Positions 11,571-25,009 of a stretch of DNA of 64,000 bases are shown piece after piece. The stretch spans positions 335,916,001 through 335,980,000 of the forward strand of contig OZ024742.1 of NCBI GenBank assembly GCA_964016885.1, in the 5' to 3' direction. Positions within the stretch are counted from its first letter, which is position 1, and every line of letters begins with the position of its first letter. Source of the stretch: Eledone cirrhosa. Taxonomy: Eukaryota. The notes under the pieces were generated by a model, which did not search any database, was not told the origin of the DNA, and saw only the letters and a program-made list of their open reading frames with translations. Position numbers and translations under genes: made by a program.

Positions 11571-14500
11571 ATGGCTATGCTAAGAGTAGGCTGTTTAAAT
11601 GCGCGTGGCCTGGGCTCAACTTGGAAGCAAGCAATGCTTCTAAATGACCTCAGGTCACAACGTATAGATGTGATGGTTATTTGCGAGGCCCGGATCAGCA
11701 ACGTGCGACAGCTGGCCCCCACCTTTGATGACTTTGAGATGCACGCATCTCTCTGTCAGCCCGGAGGTGGGGGTGGAGTTGTCGTTCTGCTGCAAAAACA
11801 TCTGGGTCTCGCAACACAGATGGTACATTTGGACCCGGAGGGTCGACTAGTGGTTCTGGACCTTGGCAGTGGTAAAGGCGGAGCGTTTAGGTTGGTAGCC
11901 GCCTACGGCCCTTTCGGGTCAATGCGGCCGGACTTCTTCCATCGTCTGGAGACTTTTCTAGGGACGTCCCGCTCCTTGCTATTAGTGGGGGACTGGAATG
12001 GTATCCTAGATGCACGCTGGGACTACGTAGGGGCCTGTCCCGATAGAGAGGGGTGTAATAGCCTCAAAGGGTTAATCGGTCGATTTGACCTGGCCGATAG
12101 ATATCGACTAGATTTTCCGACTGCGCCAACCTGGACTTGGGCAAATCGTAGCGGATCATCTTGGTCGTACCTAGATAGGTTCTTAGTTAGAATTAAGGAT
12201 AAGGACTTTTTAAGTTGTCCAAAAATGCGCATGGTTGGCTATTCAGACCACAAATTAGTGACCTGCATGGTCAACCTTGACAGAACTCATAGACAGGGCC
12301 CCGGTTACTGGAAGCTCAACTTGTCCTTGCCGGCAAGTAGAGCCTACAGGAATCGGATTAGTACGTTAGTTAAGGAACGGTTGACTGGAGCGATCGTAAA
12401 CAGCAGGTGGTTGTTATCTCTAAAGAGAGAGATTAGAGTAGTCTCGATAGCATTTAGTAAGGTTCTAGCTGCGGACAGGAATAGGAAGGAAAGGGAGCTA
12501 ATAGATAGAGTAGAAGAGGCAATTAGAAGCGGCGACGTGGCCAGAGTGCTAGCGTCGAGAACGGCTTTGAGCCAGTTTTTCGACGCGAAGCACGAAGGCT
12601 GCGTTGTCCGAAGTAAAATACGTGCTCTAGGGAACGAGGGGACCAAAGCTGTTAGCTGGGCCCGCGTGACAGAGGCCAACAGTGGAACTAAATCCACCAT
12701 CCGGTCTTTGCGAGACCTGGATGGACGGGCGATTCTTGAGCCTAAGCAGATGTGTGAGGCCTTTCAAAGGCACTTTGCCCGACTGTTCGGGAGGGGCGGG
12801 GAGCCGGTTGGGAACGTGGACTTCGGTCCATACCTCGACGGCCTACCGCGCCTCTCGGACAGGGAGGCGAAGTCCTGCGAGGAGCCGATTTCGGCCGCTG
12901 AGATAGAGGACGTGCTGAGCCTATGCGGCAAACGCAAATCCCCGGGTCTCGATGGTCTTCCTTACGAATTATATCTAGCTATGCCGGACTTGTTCCCCGA
13001 TCTCCTCGAGGCGGTCTACTGCAACTGGCAACAGAACGGGAGAATTCCCTGTACTGTGACCAAGGGCGTAGTCACGCTAGTGAGGAAGGACGAGAACAAG
13101 GGGGACGAAATAAGTAACTTCAGGCCCATAACTCTGCTAAATACAGAGTTACAGATTTTGGCCAAGGTGCTAGCAAAGAGGTTGGCGCTTGTCGTGGGCA
13201 ACCTGGTGGGAGATGCGCAGACATGCGCTATCCCGTCCAGGTCAATCCATGACAACCTCCACCTCATGCGATACATCATAGAGAGGGTTGGGAACGAACC
13301 CGGCTTTGGTGGGGCTCTGATCAACTTGGATCAATCTAAGGCGTTCGATAGAGTCGACCATGGTTACCTGGATGCGGTGCTAGCGGCGGCAGGCTTCGGA
13401 CCCGTTTTCAGAGGCTGGATCACTGCTATGCACAGCAGCCGCATCTGCTCTAGGGTCAAGGTGAACGGCTACCTCTCGGAGCCGTTCAAAATCGCGCGGT
13501 CCATCCGACAAGGGTCCCCTCTCTCCTCCCTTCTGTATGTGTTGACTCTCGAGCCACTACTGCGGAAGTTGGAGTTGTTGCAGGGCATCCCTTTGGAACC
13601 GGGATTGCGGAAAGCGGTGTCGGCCTACGCCGATGACGTGACAGTAATGGTGTCGACGGCCTCCGAAATCGAGGCGGTCGGCACCTTACTGGAGGAGTAC
13701 GAAAAGTTCACAGGGGCTAAGCTGAACCGGGACAAGTCGATCGGTTTGCAACTCGGCACGTGGAGGGGCAGACCGATGCCCTCCGATGGCGTCGTCGGAC
13801 GCTGGACGGAGGGCCCGGTGAAGTTGCTTGGGGTCTGGTTCGGACCGGACCTCCAGGTGGAGAAAAACTGGGCGGAGGTTACGAACAGGGTGTTTGCACT
13901 GACCCAGAAGTGGGCCAGTTGCAAACTATCCCTGAAAGGTCGGGCGGAGGTGGCGAACACCTACATAGCGTCCGTCATCTACTACCGCCTGACCGTAGTG
14001 CCCTGCCCAAGGGAAACCCTCACCAAGATGGAGCGCGCGCTCTTCCAATTCCTTTGGAAGAGGCGGGCTCCTATGGTGAGGAGATCCATCTGCTGTCAAC
14101 ACCCTTCGAAAGGAGGGCTGGGGATGCCGTGGCTAATGATGCGTAAACACGCATTAAGGCTACAGCACCTCTACGTATTCCTCACCGGACAACCGGTGTG
14201 GGCCTCGTTTGTGAGACGAACCTTTCCCAGACTCGTCTCACTCACCGAGCTGCAATCCTGGGTCAAGCAAAGACCGAGAAAACTGGGCGCCTGGCACACT
14301 GAGTGTGCCCAGGCGCTCACCGCCCTCTGGCAGGCGGATCCGGTTATCAGTGGAGACTCCACCGCAACATTCTATAGAGGGCTGGTACGCAGCAGGTGCG
14401 ACGACGCCCTCGGAGAAGCCCTAGACATGGAGGAGGACGAACTGGCCGGCCTGTTCGGTAGGACATTCAGCCCGGGACCTATGAACAACTTCCAGAAGTC

Positions 14501-15008
14501 CCTGGCCTGGCAGTGCTACCGAGGAGCTTTACCGGTTCGAGAAAGGCTCTACAGACACGGGCGCCCGGGTAGGGACCCCGCCAAAAAGATCTGTCCCAGA
14601 TGCGTGCGTGACGAGGAAACCGTTGCACACGCATTGGTACACTGCTCGGGCGTAGCCGATCTGTGGGGCTATGTCGAACAACTGCTGTCAAGGGTGGGAC
14701 CGATCCGGTTGACCACCGAGTCTATTGTAATGATCAAGCCGCCTCCCCCCTTCAAAGATGAAGCAGAGGCGGTGTTTCTGTGCGTAATAGCCATGGCGAA
14801 AGAGGTTGTATGGTGGACGCGTCTGAAAGGACTGAGGTCAGGCACCTTTCTCTCTGGCCAACAACTGGTCCGTTTCTTCCGATATCATTTCGGAAGAAGG
14901 ATCAGGATGGAGAGAGAGGTGCTGCACCCCAGTCGTTTTTATGAAAGGTGGGTGAAAGTGGCGAGAATGGCCCGTGTGAATGGGCCTTCTCTTTACATAA
15001 GCCTGTAG
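11571..15008 (+). CDS. Tx1 ORF2 protein (APE endonuclease, reverse transcriptase, CCHC)
   Basis: Uninterrupted ORF with first ATG at 11571; LNARGL, GDWN, SDH, RQGSPLS, YADD, CPRC..HALVHC. Confidence 0.95.
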   Translation: MAMLRVGCLNARGLGSTWKQAMLLNDLRSQRIDVMVICEARISNVRQLAPTFDDFEMHASLCQPGGGGGVVVLLQKHLGLATQMVHLDPEGRLVVLDLGSGKGGAFRLVAAYGPFGSMRPDFFHRLETFLGTSRSLLLVGDWNGILDARWDYVGACPDREGCNSLKGLIGRFDLADRYRLDFPTAPTWTWANRSGSSWSYLDRFLVRIKDKDFLSCPKMRMVGYSDHKLVTCMVNLDRTHRQGPGYWKLNLSLPASRAYRNRISTLVKERLTGAIVNSRWLLSLKREIRVVSIAFSKVLAADRNRKERELIDRVEEAIRSGDVARVLASRTALSQFFDAKHEGCVVRSKIRALGNEGTKAVSWARVTEANSGTKSTIRSLRDLDGRAILEPKQMCEAFQRHFARLFGRGGEPVGNVDFGPYLDGLPRLSDREAKSCEEPISAAEIEDVLSLCGKRKSPGLDGLPYELYLAMPDLFPDLLEAVYCNWQQNGRIPCTVTKGVVTLVRKDENKGDEISNFRPITLLNTELQILAKVLAKRLALVVGNLVGDAQTCAIPSRSIHDNLHLMRYIIERVGNEPGFGGALINLDQSKAFDRVDHGYLDAVLAAAGFGPVFRGWITAMHSSRICSRVKVNGYLSEPFKIARSIRQGSPLSSLLYVLTLEPLLRKLELLQGIPLEPGLRKAVSAYADDVTVMVSTASEIEAVGTLLEEYEKFTGAKLNRDKSIGLQLGTWRGRPMPSDGVVGRWTEGPVKLLGVWFGPDLQVEKNWAEVTNRVFALTQKWASCKLSLKGRAEVANTYIASVIYYRLTVVPCPRETLTKMERALFQFLWKRRAPMVRRSICCQHPSKGGLGMPWLMMRKHALRLQHLYVFLTGQPVWASFVRRTFPRLVSLTELQSWVKQRPRKLGAWHTECAQALTALWQADPVISGDSTATFYRGLVRSRCDDALGEALDMEEDELAGLFGRTFSPGPMNNFQKSLAWQCYRGALPVRERLYRHGRPGRDPAKKICPRCVRDEETVAHALVHCSGVADLWGYVEQLLSRVGPIRLTTESIVMIKPPPPFKDEAEAVFLCVIAMAKEVVWWTRLKGLRSGTFLSGQQLVRFFRYHFGRRIRMEREVLHPSRFYERWVKVARMARVNGPSLYISL

Positions 15009-15339
15009 GTGGAAAAGAGGAAGGAACGAGGGAGCACCCCCTCTCTGTGCTCCTGAGGAAAAGGGTTGCACACTTTTTTCGGGGGTGTGTGCGACCCCCA
15101 AGGCGCCTCCTCTCTATTGAGGATTTTGTTATAAATTTTATTTTTTGTTATATTTTATAACAAAATCCTCTATTGAGGATTTTGTTATAATTCTATTTTT
15201 TGTTATATTTTATTTTATTTTTATATATTGTTATTGCCTCCTCCCTATTGAGGACGCCTTGTTTTGTAAACTCCCCCCATTGTACTTGTCCCACTTTTGA
15301 TGCCCTTGTGGCAAATAAAAGAAACATATCTATCTATCT

Positions 15340-15852
<513 letters not shown>

Positions 15853-15853
15853 G

Positions 15854-15894
<41 letters not shown>

Positions 15895-15919
15895 GTATAT
15901 ACATATATATATATATGTC

Positions 15920-15953
<34 letters not shown>

Positions 15954-16053
15954 CGTGTGTGCGTGTCTGCTTGTTATCATACATATTAATATACATACAG
16001 AGAAACACACACAGAAACACAATACACGCACAGACACACAGACACACACATAT

Positions 16054-16630
<577 letters not shown>

Positions 16631-16889
16631 TATATATATATATATCGATATTTGGTTTTTCGATTACTAGCTTGAAATGCTATTGTTTATTCTTTGAATA
16701 AAACCAACCCCTTTCAAAACAGCCATCAATCTATGAGACTATTGAAATCCTTATCTAATTCACGCCCAAACTTGGTCCGACTGGGGACCACAAATAATTC
16801 ATTCCTTTGCTATTGTTATTATTGGGGTTATGCTTATGATCGTTATACCTATTGTTAATTCATAAGTAAAGAGCTACTTATATATATAT

Positions 16890-17620
<731 letters not shown>

Positions 17621-17806
17621 AATATAGACACACACGGAGAGAGAAAGTAGATAAATATACAGAGAGACATACAGATATGGATAGATGGACAATAGAAATA
17701 ATAGATCCTTCCCACATAACTTTCTTAATAATGTATACTTTGCAGAGAGGCAATTTTGAAGGCGTAGATAACAATTATGTTGATTATGTATGTACTGTAT
17801 ATATAA

Positions 17807-17852
<46 letters not shown>

Positions 17853-17871
17853 TGGAGTAATATATATATAT

Positions 17872-18115
17872 ATCATCATCATCATCATTTTACGTCCGCA
17901 TTTCCTGCTTGCGAGGGTGGGATGGGTGTTATTCAGCACAACATCTCTCCATTAAGTCACGGTCCTTCGTCATCTCCCCTGTGAGCTTCAGCGATCTGAG
18001 TTCAGCTCTCACCACCTCCGCCCATGTTTTTCTTGGTCTTCCTCCACTGCGTCTTCCTACCACTGGGATTTCTTGGCACTTCTTTACCCAGCGGTCATCC
18101 TCCATGCGACCCAAT
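17872..18115 (-). mobile_element. 3' end of RTE-like LINE with (GAT)n tail
   Basis: RMEDDRWVKKC...GRRSGGRPRKTWAEVV; ends aaatgatgatgatgat. Confidence 0.75.
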
Positions 18116-18364
18116 AGTTGAGCACATTATATATAGTCGCTGAGAAAATCGGCGGTTATGTTATCCTGACGTACTGAAAGATAATAGAACCTGTGAGGAA
18201 TCTCACCCCGCATCTCTTGGATGATGGGTGAGAAAGTTAACCACTACTCTAAAGAGACACTGATCCCCAGTCCCAGCTGTTTAGATGATTTTAGAATGCA
18301 TCTAGGAGTATAAAAGAAACTGTGGGCTTATTTAGCTTTTATCATTGTGAAAATTTCAACAACA

Positions 18365-18445
18365 GTGGCTACTTCGCGTAGTGGTTAATGCAATCGCCCG
18401 GTATCCGAGAGAGAGATGTAGGGTTCGATTCCTCAGAGGTGTCTC
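18365..18445 (+). mobile_element. tRNA-derived SINE head or tRNA pseudogene
   Basis: A-box-like GCGTAGTGGTTAA and B-box GGTTCGATTCC; no clean cloverleaf. Confidence 0.45.
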
Positions 18446-18654
18446 TGTATATGTTTTTCACCTCAACCAGTAGTATTGCTGATTTTCTCAAATACCTTTT
18501 ATACTGATCAAATGTTATTATGGTCATTTGCATTGGGACACAGCAATCTCCAATTTTCTAAACGATTTTTAAGTCAACCGATGTGTTTGCACTTATAGCT
18601 ACAGGTTTTAAATCTTCTAAAAAGACGGAATTGATGGCAAGGAGTTCATTAACG

Positions 18655-18850
18655 GAGTGGCTAATATTGTGCGGAGTTCGATTTCTTGCATTTTATGAGT
18701 TCAAATACCGCTGAGCTTCGCTTTGCCTTTCATACTTACGGGGTCGATAAAATAAAGCACCATTAATACACTGTGGTTGATTTAATCGACTTTCCCCTTT
18801 CCCCAAATTGCTGGCCCTGTGCCTATAGTAGAATTCATTACTATTATTAT
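18655..18850 (+). mobile_element. tRNA-derived SINE, family 1 (GAGTTCAAAT B-box, GCCTTTCATCCTTACGGGGTCGATAAAATAAAGTACCAG core, ATT tail)
   Basis: Same core recurs near 20680, 29255, 31660 (minus), 35685, 42700 (minus), 44285 (minus), 44500-45015, 52525 and 60170. Confidence 0.85.
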
Positions 18851-18949
18851 CATTGGCCCTTTACGATCTGAGTTGTAAATTAAATATATACTAATATTCT
18901 ACACGTGGTGTTTATGAGGCTGTTTGCTTGCAAACAAACCGAATATTAA

Positions 18950-19330
18950 TAATACCGATACTATAAATCTGACGGCCGTATGTAGGTAACAAACTATCCG
19001 CCAAGCGGCTAGACCAAACAGCACCAAATTTGCACCATAGATGTAACTTTTTCCAAGTAAAAAAGTGGGGGTATTTTCGTCTACTGAATTTTGTTAAAAG
19101 ATTAAAGACATTATTTAAATATTCACTTCTTTAAAATTTCAAATGTCAACACTTCCGGTTATACGACATTCCTAACGTCTTCACGAACCAGAGTATCATC
19201 TTCCTGTTTTCCTTCGGTTGCAACGTTTTTCGAAATATTTACTTCTGCGTTCGCAGATTGATTTTTTTTAGTTTCAGAACTAAGGTTAAGGGTGAAAGCA
19301 GCGATTCTTTGCTTAAACTTTAATCTGTTA

Positions 19331-19382
<52 letters not shown>

Positions 19383-19800
19383 TTAATTCGTGTACAGATA
19401 TTTTTGCATACACAAAAACAAAATATAAACAAACGTATTTATTTCACGAAAGCACAGACGGCTTATTATCATTGCTACTACCGAGATGCCACCCAAAAAG
19501 TCCTAGCCTGGCCGCAAGATCAGATTTTCCGGAAGAAAAAATGTTACTAGAGCCACAGAAAGACTAAGCTTCGCTATTACCATCAACAAAGCTCAGGGTC
19601 AAACCCTAATAGTGGCTGGCCTTCATCTGGGAAAACCATGGTCAAGTGTATGTAGGATGCTCTAGGGTGAGCTCGCCAAACAATCTCTTCATCTTTGCTC
19701 CCGAACACAAAATATTGTACACTCTGAGGCTCTAACAATGTAATTTATGTATTTTCTGTTACTTGGAATTTCCATTATGGTTGTACAGATTATTGTAAAG
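18950..19800 (+). mobile_element. Helitron remnant with Pif1-like helicase C-terminal fragment
   Basis: About 19563-19675 translates LSFAITINKAQGQTL..AGL, then after a frameshift HGQVYVGCSRV; also contains a pLTR-like piece at 19150-19335; outer boundaries approximate. Confidence 0.75.
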
Positions 19801-19994
19801 TTTGTTAAACAATGTGTTCAACCTTTATTGTTGTAACTAGCAATTTTCTTTAACGTACTGGAGCTGAACTGGGGAATCCTAAAAAGCACGTTAACTCCCC
19901 CTCCCCCATCGCTGACTTGAGAGGGCGTGCGATATCTTCGCACAGGAGTGGAGGGGGGATTCCTGAAAAGGTAAAATGCCGGTAAACCTTGCCG

Positions 19995-20031
<37 letters not shown>

Positions 20032-20811
20032 GGGGGGTAAGGAAGGAAGAGGAGAGGAAGGAGAAGCTGAAAAATATTTTGAATGAACAAATAAAAGAGA
20101 TATAATAACCTATACATAATATAAAAGAGAGTTGTTTGTTGGTTGGTTCCTTCGCGTATCACACGAAAAAAACGAAAAGTGACAATCGGAAAGTACGTAC
20201 AGGATTGGGATAAGAGTATATCCAGGAAAGTTTATTGATACTAATTTTATAACACCAAAGAAGAAGAAAGACATACCACGTATGCTAACCAACATGACTG
20301 CTATTTCTAGCAGGTTGGGAATCAACCATAAGGGATTCTCTCTGCGAGTTTGTTGTCAGTGATGATCGTGTTTCGCGGCCTATGTCTCCGATTCCAACGG
20401 TGGCTTATACACACACACACGGGCGCACGCACACGCACACGCACACGCACACGCACACGCACACGCACACGCACACACACACACACGCACACTCACACTC
20501 ACACAAACACACACACACACATATATATATACACACACACGAACACTCAAACAAACACACATACACACACACACACTGTAAACAAGACAATGCATTCAAT
20601 ACAGACGTTTTATCTTCTGCCGGTCTTCTCTTATCATTTGTTAATCTCGGCGAAGCTGGGTACTTCAGCTAGTTATTAATAAATCCCGCTGAGGTTAGCT
20701 TTGCCTTTCATCCTTACGGGGCCGATAAAATAAAGTACCAGTAATGTACTGTGTAATTGCAAGCCTTGTGCCTAAAGTAGAAACAATTATTATTATATAT
20801 GGATATGTATG

Positions 20812-20869
<58 letters not shown>

Positions 20870-21423
20870 CATGTATATATATATATATCCAATCCATCAT
20901 TTAGCTATCTATCACTCTATCTATCACAAAAGAACAATACATCTCCAACAAATACCACAAGTCTACATCACAACAACTACAGCAGCAGAACAATTACAAC
21001 TACTACAATACGACTGCAACTACTACAAACGTTATAACAGCTACAATAACAACACAACAACAAAGCAACAACACAACCAACCTACCTGGGCATATTTCTG
21101 AAGTGAATCGATAAGAGCAAACCGTATTGATTACTTTGTAATCAATGCAGCCAGGTGTATTGAGAGTGACGTTTGACGTCGATTTCAGGTAAGGTTGATT
21201 GGATGTATACATTTATAATTATCCTTCATATACGGAGAACAATGATATTTTTTGTTTTGTCCTTCTCTCAGTATGATTATCTGTGTGACTGTCTGTCAGT
21301 TTAGCGGTCAAGCTTGTGGTCATTCTATTGGTCAGTTTGTCTGTCTGTCTGTCAGTTATGATCGATATTAAAAACCCGCAAAAGATGGTGTCGAAATATA
21401 AAGACTGATAAATGAAAACAGAC

Positions 21424-21576
<153 letters not shown>

Positions 21577-21668
21577 TGTATTTAGTTATAAAGCAATGTG
21601 ACTGGCGGGTTTAATCGGGGTTAACCACAGTAAATAAGGTACTCAATACATTAGTAGAGTGTAAACAG

Positions 21669-21801
21669 CAAATTTAATATAGAAATGTCTTCTACAGGAC
21701 TAGAATTGTTTCATTCGAAGGAAATCATCAGGAAAGCCCTGATGATTCCCTTCGAATGAGACATTTCTAGCCTTGTAGAAGCTATTTATATATTAAATTT
21801 G
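21669..21801. repeat. Palindrome of two head-to-head hammerhead-like cores
   Basis: GTTTCattcgaaggaaaTCATCAG gaaagcc CTGATGAttcccttcgaatGAGAC; left part is homologous to 49125-49247. Confidence 0.65.
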
Positions 21802-21860
<59 letters not shown>

Positions 21861-21928
21861 CAATACGTGGCAGTTACTTGCTTATACATAAAGACATACA
21901 TACAAGCACACTGTCAATTATATGTATA

Positions 21929-24840
21929 CTAGCAGAGGCACGCAGCAATGCCCGGGTATTTTATGAACGTAACAATATATTCTGCCACATATAACTTCAA
22001 ATTTTACCAAGAAAATATAATTGTTGTATTTTAACGAAATTAGGAATTTCAGCAGAATATTCATTGTCGCTTGTTCAATGCAAATCATCTAGATAAAAAT
22101 ATTAATTTTGTTCAGTGGTGTTGTTTTGAATACTACTCCCTTTTACAGTCAGGATATATACACATAAAGAAGACAGTTATTGCTCTAACCAGTCTATTTA
22201 CCATCGATAACTGCCCTAAATATACATTCACATACATTACACAAATATACACCGTGTGTGTGTGTATGTGTGTGTGTAAGTAGGACTGACAAACACAAAT
22301 CCGAACGCAGACACACTTCGAACAAATGCAATCAAACGTTGAATGCCCTATACGTAAAGAATACACTCGGAAAAAGCTCCAACAATAAGCAAAGCATGTA
22401 GTGGACAAGACTGTCTGATTCCAAACTCGTAAAAATTATATTCGTAAAATAAACTTAACATATACATTCGAATATTAACCACAATTAAGAGGCTGAGGTG
22501 TGAAGAGCAGTGAAAGAGCTCAAATGAGGTAGGGCCCCTAGGGAAGATGGAATCCGGTCTGTGATGTCAAACGCCTTAAATATAGAATGTATTCTCTGGC
22601 TGACTCATGTGTGCCAGGTGGCCTGGATCTCTGGAAAGGCACCTAAGCAATGACAGTCAGGAGTGATAATCCCAATTTTCAAAAAGGGGGACAAATGAGA
22701 TTGTTCCAATTACAGAGGGATCTCTTTGTTAAGATTCCTCGGTAAAGTTTATGCTAAGTGTCTGGCAAAGAGATGCCGAGAGATTGTCGAATTCAAGCTA
22801 GTTGATGAACAGTGTGGTTTTCGCCCTAGGTTCAGCACAGCCAATCAAATATTTACACTGAGGCAGGTCTTCGAAAAATGGTGGAAGTATTGCCAAGAGG
22901 TATATTCTTGTTTTCTCGACCTTGAAAGGGCATATGACCGCGTTACTCAGGACCTGCTGTAGACAGTTCTGCAGGAGAATGGGATCGATGGTCAGCTTGT
23001 TGCTGCCCTGATGTATCGATACGAATGCCCGAGTATTTGTGTTCGGATAAATAGTGCTAAATCAAAACCATTGAATGTGGGAATCGGACTCCATCAAGGG
23101 TGCGTACTATCACCTTTCCTGTACATTATTTACATGAACAGGATTGATATGCATTGTCGGGATGGAAGTGGTGTCATGACTGGCGGGTGTAAAATCAGTA
23201 GGCTGGAATTTGCAGACAACATGGTGTTACTTAACTCGACAGAAGGTGATCTCCGACTTGCCCTTGTTAGGTTTGATGCCGATTGTCGCATGGCTAAATG
23301 AAAATCAGTGCTGTGAAAACTGAGACACTCGTCCTCTCAAGGAAGCCTGCACAGTGCACTCTACATGTGAATGGAGTTCAACTGAAGTAGGTAGAGAATA
23401 TCAAGTATGTCACGGCCGTGTTCACGAGTCATGGAAGGCAGGAAGCTGAATTAAGTGCAAGAATTGCAGGAGCTGGTACAGTAATGCGGCGGCTTCAGCA
23501 TTCAGTAATCAGAAGAAGGGAAGTAGGCGTAAAAGCCAAACTTGCTATCTTCAATCCTGTGTTCGTGCCAATCCTTACCTATGGGCATGAATCTCTAAGG
23601 TGGATGTAGTTCTCTGCCCTCAACTTATTTTGATTCCTTCGCAGGAAACCCAATCTTTCTGTTTCAATTTTGGATTAGATGTCCACCATGAACGGGCTGG
23701 TTACTTCTTTGAATCACAGAACTTGGTTGAAGCAATCTCCTACCAAAAGATGTTATAACTCTATTTCATTTCCAGCCACAAAGTAAATCTGCACAAATTG
23801 GTGAGGCTCCTGTGGATGTGGCAGAAAACCACCCATTAAGTAGTAGCACTGTCCCTGAATTTTATAAATTGTACAGAATCTGAAGTCAGTCACATTCCAG
23901 TCAGCTTCAAAAGATGTTATTTGAAAGGCAGAATTATATTTTCTGATGTATTTATTGAAGTGTTATGCCTCTGGCATATCCTGGAGGAGTAGATTCTTCA
24001 GGAGGCTCTTCTATTGTTTTAAGGTTGATCTTGCCTTATGAGTAGCTTAAACCTGCTGTTTCTGCTGTCCACATCTTGGCACCACAATGCTGGAAGCATT
24101 TGTTTATTTTTCCAATGTTGATTTGTGGATTGCTGCTGTATGACTTTTGTGGGTCACAAGAAAAAGGATCCATCAACCAGTTCCTTTTACTAGTGGCTTG
24201 TGGTCCTGCTCGGGCAGTAGAACAATGTACCTGATCAGCATTTCGTCTAATTTGCCGCTCTTCCTCAATTTGTTGTTCTCGCAGAACAGCAGTTTTGTGA
24301 CTTTTTTCATCCCAACGGTACTGTCTGTCCACTATAAAACACAACGATAAAAATATTTTTTGTGTTAATTCAAATAACATTGACAAAAAATAACGCATAA
24401 ATTTATCCGAAAATATGTATATATAATCTTGATTTTTTCCAATGGTAAAATAAAGAGATGATCAGGGTTTACTGTAATAAAATATACAACGTCTGCTTAC
24501 GTTAATTTTAGAGAGAAAGAAATGACAGAAATCGCATGTAAATACGAATCTGCAATTCAGAGTGTACACTGCGTTAAACAGTGGCTAGACGGCTTTGTGT
24601 GGGAACAATTATATAGTTTCATTATATAATCCTATATGAGCCTGTTGAATTTCAACTGCTGCGTATAGAAATCATTCGATGTTTTCAAAAGATTAGAAAT
24701 ATCCTATGACCAGGAGTAACGGGTTGAATCATCGGTGGGGTTCAGTGCTAAAACTTAGGGAAGAATTCCTAAGTACATATATACATATAACCCATGTTTT
24801 GAAGATGGCGGTGGTATTTTTTACTATATAAAATAGACTA
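21929..24840 (-). mobile_element. Internally deleted Helitron interrupted by an RTE insertion
   Basis: 3' hairpin plus CTAG at 21929-21957; RepHel N-terminal remnants at 23750-24150 (QHCGAKMW, IRKYNSAFQITSF, YKIQGQCYY, FVQIYF); 5' boundary approximate. Confidence 0.75.
22490..23600 (+). pseudogene. RTE-clade RT fragment
   Basis: NYRGISL, EQCGFRP, DLERAYDRV, GLHQGCVLSP, FADN, ILTYGHES with stops. Confidence 0.88.
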
Positions 24841-24978
24841 ATAACTGGACGTATAAAGCAAAAATAAAAGGTGTTGGTTCGATTCCCACACATATTTGTT
24901 TACCTATCTGGGGTCTTATACGCATTGTTATTAGGCTATTTCTGTAGTCAAAACTGCGGCGAAAGCTACTAATTCAAT

Positions 24979-25009
<31 letters not shown>

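Larger units (their letters stand above)
9536..15339 (+). mobile_element. Full-length Tx1/L1-clade LINE with both ORFs intact (copy 2), inserted in (TATC)n
   Basis: (TATC)n at 9515-9535 and 15327-15339; intact ORF1 and ORF2; 3' UTR ends gcAAATAAAagaaaca. Confidence 0.95.

Noticed and set aside
18365-18445. Functional tRNA gene
   Set aside because: A and B boxes are present but acceptor and anticodon stems do not pair cleanly
19885-19965. Twister-like TAACTCC...GGAGGG pattern
   Set aside because: Internal conserved twister nucleotides and pseudoknots were not found
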